Source: Streptomyces sp. (GTDB lineage: Bacteria; Actinomycetota; Actinomycetes; Streptomycetales; Streptomycetaceae). Taken from it: 64,000 nt of DNA. Made by a program: the position numbers and the translations under genes. The stretch is from NCBI GenBank assembly GCA_036569285.1, contig DATCQX010001103.1, forward strand, positions 19,528-83,527, read 5' to 3'. Below, piece after piece: positions 47,675-57,951 of this stretch. The notes below the pieces were generated by a model, which was given only the letters and a program-made list of their open reading frames with translations, was not told the DNA's origin and did no database searches. Position 1 is the first letter of the stretch. Every line of letters starts with the position of its first letter.

Positions 47675-48957
47675 GAGGTGGTCTCCGTACCGCCGTGTGC
47701 GGCGCTGGTCCAGGGGGTGGCGATGGCTTCGGCGAGCAGATGCTCGGCGGGGGAGGGGGGAAGTCCGGAGTCCGGTGTGTTCAGCAGGTCTGCGAAGGCG
47801 GCGACGACCTCGTCGGCGTGCTGCCCGGGGGTGCCGGGATCGGCGAGGTAGGCGCTGAATGCCGCAGTGACGTCGAGTTGCCCGTCGTCGGCCGCGTCGG
47901 CGCCCGACAGGACGGTGGCCCGGGTGGCCGCGCACTCTTCCTCGAAGTCCACCAGTACGGCGTCTGGTACCAGGTCGGCGATCCGTTCTCCGAGTCGAGG
48001 GACGGGCTCGTCGGTGCGGATGACTGCCTTGAGGTAGACGCCGGTGTACTGGGCGGCAGCGGCGCCGAGTTCCTCCAGGGTGCCGTCGAAGCGGGCCAGG
48101 CGCCGTCCGGAGTGCAGTGTGTGCGGGGTGGTGAGCGTGCGCCGGCCGGGGGCCGAGTCGACGACGGTGACGCTCTTGGTCTCTTCGCTCTCGCCGAAGT
48201 CCATCTGCAGGGGACTGCCGGCGTAGCGGGCGGGCAGACGCCCGCTGCCGACGGGCTGGGGTTTGTGGATGTGTCCCAGGGCGCAGTAGGCGACCTGCGG
48301 CAGGGCGTCCGCGGCGGTGGCATACGGCTCGCGTGCCTCCCACATCCGCTCGCTGTAGGAGGGCACGGCGCTGGCCACGTATTGATGGGCGGTGAACAGC
48401 AGCACGTCGCGGCCGGGGTCGTAACCGTCGAGCAGCCGGGCGAGCAGAGCTTCCTGCAGTTCGCGCAGACCGGCCGCGTAGGCGCCCTCGGTGGTCCCGA
48501 AGCCGGGGAACAGATGCAGATAGCGGTTGGGGTGCACGTACGGCAGGGCGGCCAGGCGGATGCGCTCGTGTCCGTCGCGGCTGTCGAAGTCGAGCACGGT
48601 GCCCGGTTCCGTGTCGCCCCGGCTGTGCACGAAGCGCAGGCGGCCCTGGTCGGCGTCGGGCCGCAGCGTGCACACATAGGCCAGCAGGTCGAAGAGCTCG
48701 GGGGAGTCGTGGTTGCCACCCAGCACCACGGTGGGCGCGATGCGCGCGAGGCCGTCGAGGCAGCGCATCGCGCGCAGGATGTCCTTGTGGGCGGGCCGGT
48801 ACGTGTCGAACAGGTCGCCGCTGTGCACGATCAGATCCGGCTGCACGGACTCCGCTATGGCGATGATCTCGGCCAGGACGGCGTCGAACTCCTCGTCCCG
48901 GGAGCGGCGCCCCAGGGTGCGGCCCAGATGCCAGTCGGATGTGTGCAGGGCTTTCAT
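47671..48957 (-). CDS. sbcD: SbcD/Mre11-like nuclease
   Basis: LHTSDWHLG, SGDLFD, GNHDS, ALGHIHKPQ and YAGSP..DFGE. Confidence 0.93.
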   Translation of the reverse strand: MKALHTSDWHLGRTLGRRSRDEEFDAVLAEIIAIAESVQPDLIVHSGDLFDTYRPAHKDILRAMRCLDGLARIAPTVVLGGNHDSPELFDLLAYVCTLRPDADQGRLRFVHSRGDTEPGTVLDFDSRDGHERIRLAALPYVHPNRYLHLFPGFGTTEGAYAAGLRELQEALLARLLDGYDPGRDVLLFTAHQYVASAVPSYSERMWEAREPYATAADALPQVAYCALGHIHKPQPVGSGRLPARYAGSPLQMDFGESEETKSVTVVDSAPGRRTLTTPHTLHSGRRLARFDGTLEELGAAAAQYTGVYLKAVIRTDEPVPRLGERIADLVPDAVLVDFEEECAATRATVLSGADAADDGQLDVTAAFSAYLADPGTPGQHADEVVAAFADLLNTPDSGLPPSPAEHLLAEAIATPWTSAAHGGTETTS

Positions 48958-49091
48958 GAACGGCTCTCCTCGGTGACGGCAGGACTGCCCGATGCCCCCT
49001 GCGCAGCGGCAGTTGGCGAAGTGCCGACGACTCTACAGCAGCAATCACAGGAGAAAACTGGAAAACCTTGGAATGCGGTAGAGTGGTAGCC

Positions 49092-49952
49092 ATGCACGAG
49101 CATCTGGACGCACTCGAACAACGCATGCATCAGCTGCAGCAGGCCATGCGGCGTGCCCAACTGGCCCGTGACAGCGACCAGGTCAAACAGCTCCGTGAAG
49201 ACCTGCGGCGGACCCAGCGCGCCTGGGACGCCCTCTTCGCACAGGCCGAAGAGGGCGAGGAGAACAGCACTTCCGACAGTGGCGGGAACAGCGCTCCGGC
49301 GCAGGAGGCTCCCGCGGAGCCGCAAACCCTGCTGCCCGCACGTGAACAGGTCCACCAGGTCCTGACCCTGCTCGCCGTGCCGGCCGCCCCCAAGCTCATC
49401 AGCACCGTCCATGAAGCCTTCTTCGCCGGCGGACTGGCCCCCTCCCGGCTGACCAGCCTGCGCCGCGACGAAGAACGCTCCTACCGCAGCGCCCCCGGCG
49501 CCCGCCCCTACTACCTGTGCCCGGCGCTCACCTCCGACCTGCTCTCACCCGCGCGCGGCCTGCTCACCGTCAGCACCTGGTCCTTGGAACAACGCATCGT
49601 CGGCCCGCTCAGCGCCCGCGTCCACTTCCTCACCAGCGCCCTGAACATCGCGGACGCCGCCGAACGCCTCGATACGGCCACCCTGCCACTGCCCGTCCGC
49701 CAACTCCTCGTGCGCTACGCCCAGAACATCCCCGGTGCCCAGCCCCCCACACCGCACCCCAGCCCGGCCGGAGCACCCCTCGACCTGACCCTGCTGCGCC
49801 GTGCCGCCGAGGACGAGCTCACCCTCCACACGGCCAGCGACACCACCACCCGCACCCAGGCCGCCGCCCGGGCCCGCAGCCAACTCGACACCGCGGCACT
49901 GCTGTTCGGAGGATCCTTCCAGTCCGCCCGCCGCCTGCGCTCCGTCCCCTGA
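49092..49952 (+). CDS. Hypothetical protein (N-terminal coiled coil), first gene of a nuclease-helicase operon
   Basis: Strong GC3 bias. Divergent from sbcD. Globular domain LLPAREQVHQ..SLRRDEERS..RPYYLCPAL. Confidence 0.75.
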   Translation: MHEHLDALEQRMHQLQQAMRRAQLARDSDQVKQLREDLRRTQRAWDALFAQAEEGEENSTSDSGGNSAPAQEAPAEPQTLLPAREQVHQVLTLLAVPAAPKLISTVHEAFFAGGLAPSRLTSLRRDEERSYRSAPGARPYYLCPALTSDLLSPARGLLTVSTWSLEQRIVGPLSARVHFLTSALNIADAAERLDTATLPLPVRQLLVRYAQNIPGAQPPTPHPSPAGAPLDLTLLRRAAEDELTLHTASDTTTRTQAAARARSQLDTAALLFGGSFQSARRLRSVP

Positions 49953-49984
49953 CCGCCTGCGCCCTGTCCCCGCAAGGAACATCT

Positions 49985-51118
49985 GTGAGTCAGCTCAACG
50001 ACCGGCTCGCCGCACTGCGCGGCCCCGTCCCTGCCAAAGGGCACGACGCCCGCACCCTCGCGGCCCTGACCGCCAACCCCGGCTGCAACCGCCGAGCCCT
50101 GCTCGACGCCGCCGGCATCGACAAGGACGCCATCGCCGTCCACCTGGGCAAACCCCGCCCCCTCGCCAAGTCCTCCCTCGCTCTCAGGAGCGGAGCCACC
50201 TTCGAACAGCAGGTCAAGGCCGACGGCTGCGCCGAACTGCTGCGCCTGCTGCGTGACGTCCTGGATCTGCCGCTGCCCGAAGCCGCCCACACCGACCTCG
50301 CAGTGGTCGGCACCCAAGACGCCTCCCCCCAGGTGCGCTACATCCACACCCGCAATGCCGTCCTGGAAGCACTCCATTCCACGAGCCCTGCCCGCACGCT
50401 GCTGGACCACCCCATCCTGCAGCTGACCGTCGCCGGCCACCCGGTCTACCTCGAGCCCGACGTCGTCGCCTTCCAGATCGACGGCATCTTCCACATCATC
50501 GAGATCAAGTCCTTCGCCGTCGTCGACCAGCAGGCGAGCGGCGCGAAGGTGGCCGCCGCCGTCACCCAGGCCGCCGCCTACGTCCTCGCCCTGCGCGAAC
50601 TGCTCGCAAACGAAGGCATCGACGGCGACAGAGTCTCCCACGACGTCATCCTCGTCACGCCCCGAAACTTCACCCGCCGCCCCACCACCAGCGTGGTCGA
50701 TGCCCGCAAGAAGATCGCCGCCCTCACCCGGCAACTCAACCGGCTCACCCGCGTCGAGCCGCTCCTCGACGTGCTGCCGGCCCGCATCACGTTCGACCTC
50801 GTCCTCGATCAGGACAAGCGGCCCACCCGCGACCCCAAGGAACTCACCGCCGCCCTGCAAGCCACCACCACCCGCTACACCCCTGCCTGCCGTCATTTCT
50901 GCGACCTGGCCTACGTCTGCCGAGGCGAAGCCCGCGATGACGGATCGATCGACGTCCTGGGCAGCGACATCAGCGACGACCTCGGCGGCATCGACCACAT
51001 CGGCACCGCCCTGCGCCTCGCCGACGGCACCCGCACCCCCGCCGCCGACCAGGCCGACCTGGCCGCCGCCCTCTGGCACGCCCACGCCGTCCGCACCCAA
51101 CTGCGGGAGTCCGCATGA
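49985..51118 (+). CDS. PD-(D/E)xK (RecB/Cas4-like) nuclease with four conserved-looking Cys
   Basis: AAGGA RBS. NPGC, G..FE, YLEPD, IIEIKSF, Q.A.Y and PACRHFCDLAYVC give a 1+3 Cys 'staple' pattern. Confidence 0.7.
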   Translation: MSQLNDRLAALRGPVPAKGHDARTLAALTANPGCNRRALLDAAGIDKDAIAVHLGKPRPLAKSSLALRSGATFEQQVKADGCAELLRLLRDVLDLPLPEAAHTDLAVVGTQDASPQVRYIHTRNAVLEALHSTSPARTLLDHPILQLTVAGHPVYLEPDVVAFQIDGIFHIIEIKSFAVVDQQASGAKVAAAVTQAAAYVLALRELLANEGIDGDRVSHDVILVTPRNFTRRPTTSVVDARKKIAALTRQLNRLTRVEPLLDVLPARITFDLVLDQDKRPTRDPKELTAALQATTTRYTPACRHFCDLAYVCRGEARDDGSIDVLGSDISDDLGGIDHIGTALRLADGTRTPAADQADLAAALWHAHAVRTQLRESA

Positions 51119-52629
51119 GCCGACTGTCCACCCTGCTGCGCCTTGAGGCAGCCGAGACCGAAACAGTGCAGGACGCCAGCATGGTCGGCCACTTCCACCT
51201 TGCCGAGCAGCCACTGATCTTCCTGCCGCTCAACCGCTCCGGTACCGAAGCGACCTTGCTGGCCGTCATGTTCGGCGCCGAACCGGGCCGCCCCCAGCTC
51301 CTGGTCGCACCGCCCCACGGGCGGCCCACCGCGTTCCTGGAAGAACTGGCCGGCCACATCCTCACCTACATCGAAGGCTTCCAGAGCACCGAACACCTGC
51401 CCGCCAAAGGCAAGAAGCCTGCCCGCGAGCGTCACACCCATGCCCCCCAACTCCTGGTCGCCAACCGCAGATCCCTTCCCTACGTCGGGCGGCTGGGCCG
51501 TGCCCTGCGCTTCACCGAGCCGCCCGAAGGCAGCGACCCGGCCCGCAGCGTCGGCCGCCTCGGCCAGTGGCTCACCTTCTTCGCCGACCACGCCGAACAC
51601 CCCGGCTCCGCCCTCCTGCTGGCCCTGACCGATCTGCTGGCCACCCGCTGGATCACCGGCCAGAGCCGACTGGAGGACGAGCATCTTGCCGCCCTCCTGG
51701 CCTGGATCGACCCTCCCTGCGGCACCACAGGCCTGCGCGCCGCCCTCGATGCCGAAAACCCCCAAGTCCCCGGCCCTGACGGCCAACTGCACCGGCCCGC
51801 CGGCCCGGCCACCGACCCCTCCTTCGACAGCCTCGAGCTCGACCCCCTGCTGACGGCCTACGACAACGCCGCCAAAGAAGACAACACCGCCGCGATGATC
51901 CCGCTCATCGACCGGCTGCACACCCTCCTGCACAACTACCTCAAGCCAACCTGGGACGACGCCTGGCACGCCCTCGGCCTGCTGCGCAACCTGCCCCAGA
52001 CCCACGACGCGCAGCGCCGCTGGGCCGCCGACCGCGACCGCTTCACCGCCTACACCACCTACCTCGCGGCCGACGGACGCCCCCAGCCCATCAAGGACGA
52101 TCCCGTCTCCGCCGCCCGCCGGCTCGCCCGCATGGAACTGGCCCAAGGAGCCTTCGACGCCCACCGCGCTTTGGAGGACCCCTACTTCATGGCCGAGCGG
52201 CGCACCACCGGAGAAGCCGTCGCCGGCACCGTCACCGAGGTCGACGCCCACCACACCGTCCCCGGCGCCCGCAGCCCCAAACTGCGCCCGCGCCTGACCC
52301 TGCACACCACCGACCCGGTACGCCTGGACATCGGGCACCTGCTCGCCGGACCCCACAACCCACGCGTGCACATGGCCGTGCGTGCCATCACTCCTCACGG
52401 CCAAGGCGCGGATCTCCTGCTCGAGGTGATGACGCTCACCGGCACCGTGAACAAGCCCAGGACCGACTCCGTCCCCGCCGTCGGTGATCTGCTCGAGCTG
52501 ACCTTCGCCCCCGAGTTCTTCAGCCGGCCCCCGTTCCCCAGCCGGGAGAACACTCCCTGGACCCACGGCGGCCCCCAGCACAACCACCCAGCCGCCATCC
52601 TGGAGGAGACCGAGGAGACCCAGCCGTGA
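51115..52629 (+). CDS. Hypothetical protein between nuclease and helicase (helical + C-terminal beta-barrel-like)
   Basis: ATGA/GTGA coupling on both sides. W.TGQS.LEDEHL and AGPATDP.FD motifs. Confidence 0.75.
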   Translation: MSRLSTLLRLEAAETETVQDASMVGHFHLAEQPLIFLPLNRSGTEATLLAVMFGAEPGRPQLLVAPPHGRPTAFLEELAGHILTYIEGFQSTEHLPAKGKKPARERHTHAPQLLVANRRSLPYVGRLGRALRFTEPPEGSDPARSVGRLGQWLTFFADHAEHPGSALLLALTDLLATRWITGQSRLEDEHLAALLAWIDPPCGTTGLRAALDAENPQVPGPDGQLHRPAGPATDPSFDSLELDPLLTAYDNAAKEDNTAAMIPLIDRLHTLLHNYLKPTWDDAWHALGLLRNLPQTHDAQRRWAADRDRFTAYTTYLAADGRPQPIKDDPVSAARRLARMELAQGAFDAHRALEDPYFMAERRTTGEAVAGTVTEVDAHHTVPGARSPKLRPRLTLHTTDPVRLDIGHLLAGPHNPRVHMAVRAITPHGQGADLLLEVMTLTGTVNKPRTDSVPAVGDLLELTFAPEFFSRPPFPSRENTPWTHGGPQHNHPAAILEETEETQP

Positions 52630-53957
52630 CCCAGCCACCCATCCCGCCCGTGGAACTGGCCGGCCAAGCGGTCACCGCCGTCCTGACCGCACTGACCGGC
52701 ACCACCACGCGGCCACTCGTCGTCGACTCGCCCCCCGGCGCAGGGAAATCCACCCTGGTCGTGCGCGCAGCCCGTGCCCTTGCCGACGCCGGCGAACAGT
52801 GCATCATCATCGCCCAGACCAACCACCAGGTCGACGACCTCCTGGTCAGCCTCGCCGACCCAGAAGCACCCCGGCTGCGCCTGGGACGCCTCGCCGGGCA
52901 CAACTACGAGGCACCCGAAGAAGTCCTGGCCCTGACCGACACCATCATCAGCAAAGACATCAAAGACGTCCTCGCCTGCGACGTGATCATCGCAACCGCC
53001 ATGAAATGGGCGTACGTAGACGGCCCCCGCTGGAAGTGGGCCATCATCGACGAGGCCTACCAGATGCGCTCCGACGCCCTCCTGCTGATCGCCAAACTCT
53101 TCGACCGGGCCCTCCTCGTCGGCGACCCCGGACAACTCGACCCGTTCTCTATCGTTAGCACCCCCCGGTGGACCGGGCTGCCCCACGACCCCCTCAACAA
53201 CGCCGTCACCGTCCTGACGAACCACAACGACACCAGCACCCACACCCTGCCCGTCTCCTGGCGGCTTCCCGCCTCAGCAGCCGGCATCGTCTCCCGGGCC
53301 TTCTACCCCTTCACCCCCTTCCAGCCCGCCACGGCCCCCGCCACCCGCGCCCTCACCTTCACCATCAACGCTTTGCACAACCCCTTCGACCCGACCGTCG
53401 AGGAAGCTGCACGCACCGGCTGGGCCCTGCACGAACTCCCGCCCCGCCACACCGCACGCATCGACGCCGAGGCCGCCCACGCCACCGTCGCCCTGGCCTC
53501 CCGCCTCCTGGAGCGCGGAATCGAGGCCGTCTGCGAGAAATACCCCATGGGCCGGCGCCTGCAGCCCGCCGACATCGCCATCGGCACCGCTCACCGGGAA
53601 CAGGCCCGTCACATCCAACAACTCCTCAACCGCACCCCCCACGCCCGAGGAGTGCGCGCCGACATCGCCAACCGCCTGCAGGGCCGAGAGTTCGCCGTCA
53701 CCATCGTCCTGCACCCCCTCTCCGGCCGCCGCGACGCCTCCGCCTTCCACCTCGAAGCCGGCCGCCTGTGCGTGCTGGCCTCACGCCACCGTCACGCCTG
53801 CATCATGGTCGCCCGCGCCGGCATCGCCGACCTCCTCGACCGCCACCCCTCCAACGAACCCGTCGCCCTCGGCGTCCCCGCCAAGTTCCCCGACGGCTGG
53901 GAAGCCCACCAGCACATCCTCGACCACCTCTCCCAGCACCGCGTCCCCGCCGCCTGA
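52626..53957 (+). CDS. SF1B DNA2/NAM7-like helicase
   Basis: VVDSPPGAGKST, AQTN.QVD, IIDEAYQ, VGDPGQL, SWRL, ANRLQGREF and RLCVLASRH. Confidence 0.85.
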   Translation: MTQPPIPPVELAGQAVTAVLTALTGTTTRPLVVDSPPGAGKSTLVVRAARALADAGEQCIIIAQTNHQVDDLLVSLADPEAPRLRLGRLAGHNYEAPEEVLALTDTIISKDIKDVLACDVIIATAMKWAYVDGPRWKWAIIDEAYQMRSDALLLIAKLFDRALLVGDPGQLDPFSIVSTPRWTGLPHDPLNNAVTVLTNHNDTSTHTLPVSWRLPASAAGIVSRAFYPFTPFQPATAPATRALTFTINALHNPFDPTVEEAARTGWALHELPPRHTARIDAEAAHATVALASRLLERGIEAVCEKYPMGRRLQPADIAIGTAHREQARHIQQLLNRTPHARGVRADIANRLQGREFAVTIVLHPLSGRRDASAFHLEAGRLCVLASRHRHACIMVARAGIADLLDRHPSNEPVALGVPAKFPDGWEAHQHILDHLSQHRVPAA

Positions 53958-53987
53958 CCACCCCGCACCGGAAGCCGCATCCTGCCC

Positions 53988-56243
53988 ATGGCACCCACCG
54001 AGCTGACGCTGCGCCCTCACCAAAAAGACGCGGTCGCCGCAGCCACCCAGACCCTGACCCGCCACCCCCGCGCGAGCGTGATCGCCGCCTGCGGCACCGG
54101 CAAAACCCTGATCGCCGCCCGCACCGCCGCCCGCGTCGCTCCACATGGCCGTGTGCTGGTGCTGCTGCCGACACTGGACCTGCTCTCGCAGACGATCCAC
54201 TCCTGGCACCTGGCCGGCCGCAAGGGGACCGCCGTGGCGGTGTGCTCGGCCCGTCAGGCCCTCGACCACGAGCCGCTCGGCGCCGACATCCCGCTGACCA
54301 CCGACCCCGCGGACCTGACCGCCCTCACCGTCACATCCCGCCCCGGGCCCGTCACCGCCTACGCCACTTACGCCTCCCTGCCCGCGGTGGTCGCCGCCCA
54401 CAGCAGCCACCACCTGCCCCCCTGGGACCTCGTCGTTGTCGACGAGGCCCACCGCACCGCCGGCCGCTTGGGCAAGGCCTGGGCCGCCGTCCACTACGAC
54501 GACCAGGTCCCCACCACCCGGCGCCTCTACCTGACCGCCACCCCCCGCGTCTGGGATCCCGATGACAGCCCGGACGACGACACGGAGGCGGTGGCCTCCA
54601 TGGACGACGAGACCCTCTTCGGCCCCGTCGCCTACCGGCTGACTCTCTCCGACGCCATCGACCTCGGCCTGCTCGCCGACTACCAGATCCTCGTCCCCGT
54701 CGTCACCGACGAAGACCTGCGCGACTGGCTCGCCACCGGCCCCCGGTCCGGCGTCGACGGACTGCGCCTGGCCGGCCGCCAGGTCGCCGCCCTGCGCGCC
54801 ATCCACGACCACCGGCTGCGCCGCGTCCTGACCTTCCACCACCGCGTCGCCGACGCCCGCGCCTTCGCCGCCACCCTGCACGACACCGCCGCCACCCTGC
54901 CCAGCCACCTGCGCCCCGAAGGGCTGTGGGCGGACTGGATCAGCGGACGCCACGCCCCCCAGGTCCGCCGCCGCCTCCTCCTGGAGTTCGCCTCCCACGC
55001 CAGCCCCCACGCTCCGGCCGTGCTGTCCAACGCACGCGTGCTGGGGGAGGGCATCGATGTGCCCGCCATCGACGCCGTCGTCTTCGCCGACCCCAAGAAC
55101 AGCCCTGTCGACACCGTCCAGGCCGTCGGCCGCGCCCTGCGCCAGCAGCCGGGTGCAGGGAAGAAGGCCACCCTCGTCGTCCCCGTCTACCTCACCCCGG
55201 GCGAAGACCCCGACGACCTCCTCGGCGCTGACGCCTACACCCCGCTGTGGCATACCATCCAGGCCCTGCGCGCCCACGACGACCGCCTTGAGGCCCGCCT
55301 GGCCGACCCCCGCACGCACCGGCCCACCATGCCTGCGGGCGATCCCGAGGCATGGCTGCACTTCGACCGCCCCGCCCAGGCCGAAGAAGTCGCCCTCGCC
55401 CTGTCCCTGAGGGTCCTGGCCCCCAAAAGCGCCGAGTGGCGCCGCGGACTGAAAGCCGCCCGCAGCTACCACCGCGCCCACCACCACCTCGACGTCCCCC
55501 AGACCTACGAGGACGCCACCGGCTACCCCCTGGGCCGCTGGCTGAGCTGGCAACGCCACCTGAACTCCCTCGGCACCCTCGATCCCGCACGCGGCCAGGC
55601 ACTTGAACGCCTCGGTGTCATCTGGGACCCCCGCCAGAAGGCCTTCGAGCGGGGCCTGGCCCACGCAGTCCTGTACGCCGCCCGCCACGGCCACCTGGCT
55701 GCCCCCAGCGGCCACGTGCACGACGGCTTTCCCCTGGGCCGCTGGCTGGCCACCCAGCGTGCCCGCGCCGGCCAGCTCGCCGAGGAACGCGCTGCTGCCC
55801 TTGCCGCCCTGGACCGGTGGTGGAACCCGCCCTGGCCGCTCACCTGGCACCGCGCCTATCACGCAGCCCGGCAACAGCCCGAACAAGCAGCGGCAGGGGA
55901 GTGGCTCAAGGCGCAGGCAGCGCGGGCGGATGCCCTTCATCCCGGGCAGCGACGGCTCCTCGCGGACCTGGGACTCGCCCTGCCGGCCGTATCCGGCTCC
56001 GGCAGCCAGGACCACCGGCAGCCGGCGCGTGAGCGCTCCTTCCAGCGAGGGCTGAGAGCCGCACGGGCCTTCCGCCTGCGGGAGGGGCATCTCAACGTTC
56101 CCCAGCGGCACATCGAGCAGACCGAGGACGGCGAGGTGCGCCTGGGGCAGTGGCTGAGCAACATCCGCCGCCGCGGCCTCAGCCCCGACCGGCAGGCCGC
56201 CCTTGCCGAACTCGGCCTGGACAGCGCCCCAGCGGGCGGATGA
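53988..56243 (+). CDS. ttrA: Second TtrA-like SF2 helicase with HA repeats
   Basis: LRPHQ, ACGTGKT, VVDEAHRT, LTATPR and QAVGRALR. HLDVP..LGRWL HA repeats. Paralogous to 20983..23262. Confidence 0.85.
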   Translation: MAPTELTLRPHQKDAVAAATQTLTRHPRASVIAACGTGKTLIAARTAARVAPHGRVLVLLPTLDLLSQTIHSWHLAGRKGTAVAVCSARQALDHEPLGADIPLTTDPADLTALTVTSRPGPVTAYATYASLPAVVAAHSSHHLPPWDLVVVDEAHRTAGRLGKAWAAVHYDDQVPTTRRLYLTATPRVWDPDDSPDDDTEAVASMDDETLFGPVAYRLTLSDAIDLGLLADYQILVPVVTDEDLRDWLATGPRSGVDGLRLAGRQVAALRAIHDHRLRRVLTFHHRVADARAFAATLHDTAATLPSHLRPEGLWADWISGRHAPQVRRRLLLEFASHASPHAPAVLSNARVLGEGIDVPAIDAVVFADPKNSPVDTVQAVGRALRQQPGAGKKATLVVPVYLTPGEDPDDLLGADAYTPLWHTIQALRAHDDRLEARLADPRTHRPTMPAGDPEAWLHFDRPAQAEEVALALSLRVLAPKSAEWRRGLKAARSYHRAHHHLDVPQTYEDATGYPLGRWLSWQRHLNSLGTLDPARGQALERLGVIWDPRQKAFERGLAHAVLYAARHGHLAAPSGHVHDGFPLGRWLATQRARAGQLAEERAAALAALDRWWNPPWPLTWHRAYHAARQQPEQAAAGEWLKAQAARADALHPGQRRLLADLGLALPAVSGSGSQDHRQPARERSFQRGLRAARAFRLREGHLNVPQRHIEQTEDGEVRLGQWLSNIRRRGLSPDRQAALAELGLDSAPAGG

Positions 56244-56435
56244 GCAGGTTGCGGCCGCCGCGCAGGCGCGCGCCCTGCCGAGCGAGACGGGCTGGGCGGG
56301 CCGCTCACTGGCGAGCCCGCATGGCCGCAGACAGCGCTGCGGCGTCATCTCCCGCCAGCATCACGCTATTTCACTCATCCACCCATCAAAGCGGCCAATG
56401 CGCTCGTATCATCCACGGCTGGGGGAGGGGCACCT

Positions 56436-57917
56436 GTGCCGACACAACTCAACGAGCAGCTCCGCGGATTCCTTGACCAATGGCAAGCCCGCCAGCGCCG
56501 CACGGCAGGCCTGCAGGCCGCACTCTTCGTCCGCCTGGACGGACTGCGCCGCATCCACCGCGAGTGGGACTCCTACGACCTGATCACCGTGCTGCTCGCC
56601 GCACTGCACCTGGTCATCGAGAACGACCGCCTCAGCGGCGGCCGGCCCCGCCACGCCCTCGTCGAGGACATCACCAGCCTGTGCGCCTGGCAGCAGCCCG
56701 ACGATCCCCCCGCCACCCACCACGAGATCGCAGAAGCAGTCATGGACCTGCTGGTCAACGAACGTGACCGGCAAACCCGCATGACCGACCGCTACGTGCG
56801 GCCCGACGCCGACCACGACGCCCACTACGTGATGCAGTCCTTCGCCTTCGTCACCGCCGCCGCAGACGACGAAAGCGACGAGCCCGTCCTGCGCGCCACT
56901 CCCGAAGCCATCAACGTCTTCCAGAACCTCGTCGACTTCGACCCGTTCGACCGGCTCTCCGCCGAGCGCTATCGCTCCGAACGCATGCTCAAGCGCCGCG
57001 ACTACGACGAGGTCCTCGACTCCGTCGAGCGGCGAACCCTCAGCGTCCACGGCCTGGCTGCCCAGCTGAACAGTCTGCTGCGCCGCATCGTCTACAACGT
57101 CCGCGACGTCGACTATGAGGACGACGTCATCCCCCGCCTGACCGACATCATCACCCTGGTCGGCGAACAGGTGGAGGCGGAAGAGAAGTTCGCCGACGCC
57201 GTCGCCGAACACTTCCATCTGCACGCACCCGACTACGCCAGGCTCCAACATCTCAATACCAGCCTGCACGACCTGATCATGGCGCTCCTGGCGCTGCAGG
57301 GCAGCGGCGACGAGGTGAGAGCCGCCTTCGAAGCCGAACAGGACCGCCAGCTGTTTACCCCGCGCCGGCTGACCATCAACCCGCAAGGGCAGCTGTTCGC
57401 ACCCCTGCTGGACATGGCCCCCGGCGACGTCGCCGACCTGCTGGAACCCCTGATGGTGAGACTGCTCGGCCCGCGCACCCCGCGCGTGCTCAGCCTGCCG
57501 CGCCTGAAGGACGTCATGACACCTGCCACTCGCACGACCAGCGAACCAGGCCGTGATCCCTTCGACGTCGGCGAGCTGCGCACCACCCCGGACGACCTGG
57601 ACCCGGCCGTACTGGCCGCGGTGCAGGACATCCTGGACCGCATCACCGAGCCCACCCGGCTGTCTACCCTGCTCAACAACCTTCGCCACGCTGACTTCCT
57701 CGGCGACCTCGCCGCCCCGGCGGCCCGCCTCGTGCCCTGGACCCTGGCCGTCACCGTCGCCAGCGCCTACGGCGGCTTCCACGGATCCGACGAGGACCTC
57801 CCGCCTGCCGCCGACGCCTTCCTCACTGGCCGCCTGGCCGTCGTCCGCCCCGGAACCCGCCTCGCAGCCGCCGGAATCGCAGGCGACGACCTGATCCTCA
57901 TCCCCCGGCCGCGATAA
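56436..57917 (+). CDS. jetA: Wadjet JetA-like kleisin subunit
   Basis: First gene of a four-gene operon ending in an SMC and a TOPRIM gene. ~490 aa, helical. Confidence 0.7.
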   Translation: MPTQLNEQLRGFLDQWQARQRRTAGLQAALFVRLDGLRRIHREWDSYDLITVLLAALHLVIENDRLSGGRPRHALVEDITSLCAWQQPDDPPATHHEIAEAVMDLLVNERDRQTRMTDRYVRPDADHDAHYVMQSFAFVTAAADDESDEPVLRATPEAINVFQNLVDFDPFDRLSAERYRSERMLKRRDYDEVLDSVERRTLSVHGLAAQLNSLLRRIVYNVRDVDYEDDVIPRLTDIITLVGEQVEAEEKFADAVAEHFHLHAPDYARLQHLNTSLHDLIMALLALQGSGDEVRAAFEAEQDRQLFTPRRLTINPQGQLFAPLLDMAPGDVADLLEPLMVRLLGPRTPRVLSLPRLKDVMTPATRTTSEPGRDPFDVGELRTTPDDLDPAVLAAVQDILDRITEPTRLSTLLNNLRHADFLGDLAAPAARLVPWTLAVTVASAYGGFHGSDEDLPPAADAFLTGRLAVVRPGTRLAAAGIAGDDLILIPRPR

Positions 57918-57951
57918 GCCCCCGCACCAGACAGCACCCAGAAGGGAATCC

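Noticed and set aside
47675-49126. 1545-aa SbcC with a long N-terminal extension
   Set aside because: The extension is an Arg/Pro-rich off-frame reading of sbcD. SbcC starts at 47674 (MKIVRL).
49311-49320. CCCGCGGAGC resembling the archetypal Streptomyces telomere palindrome I
   Set aside because: Only 10 of 13 bases match, it lies inside a CDS, and no further telomeric palindromes follow.
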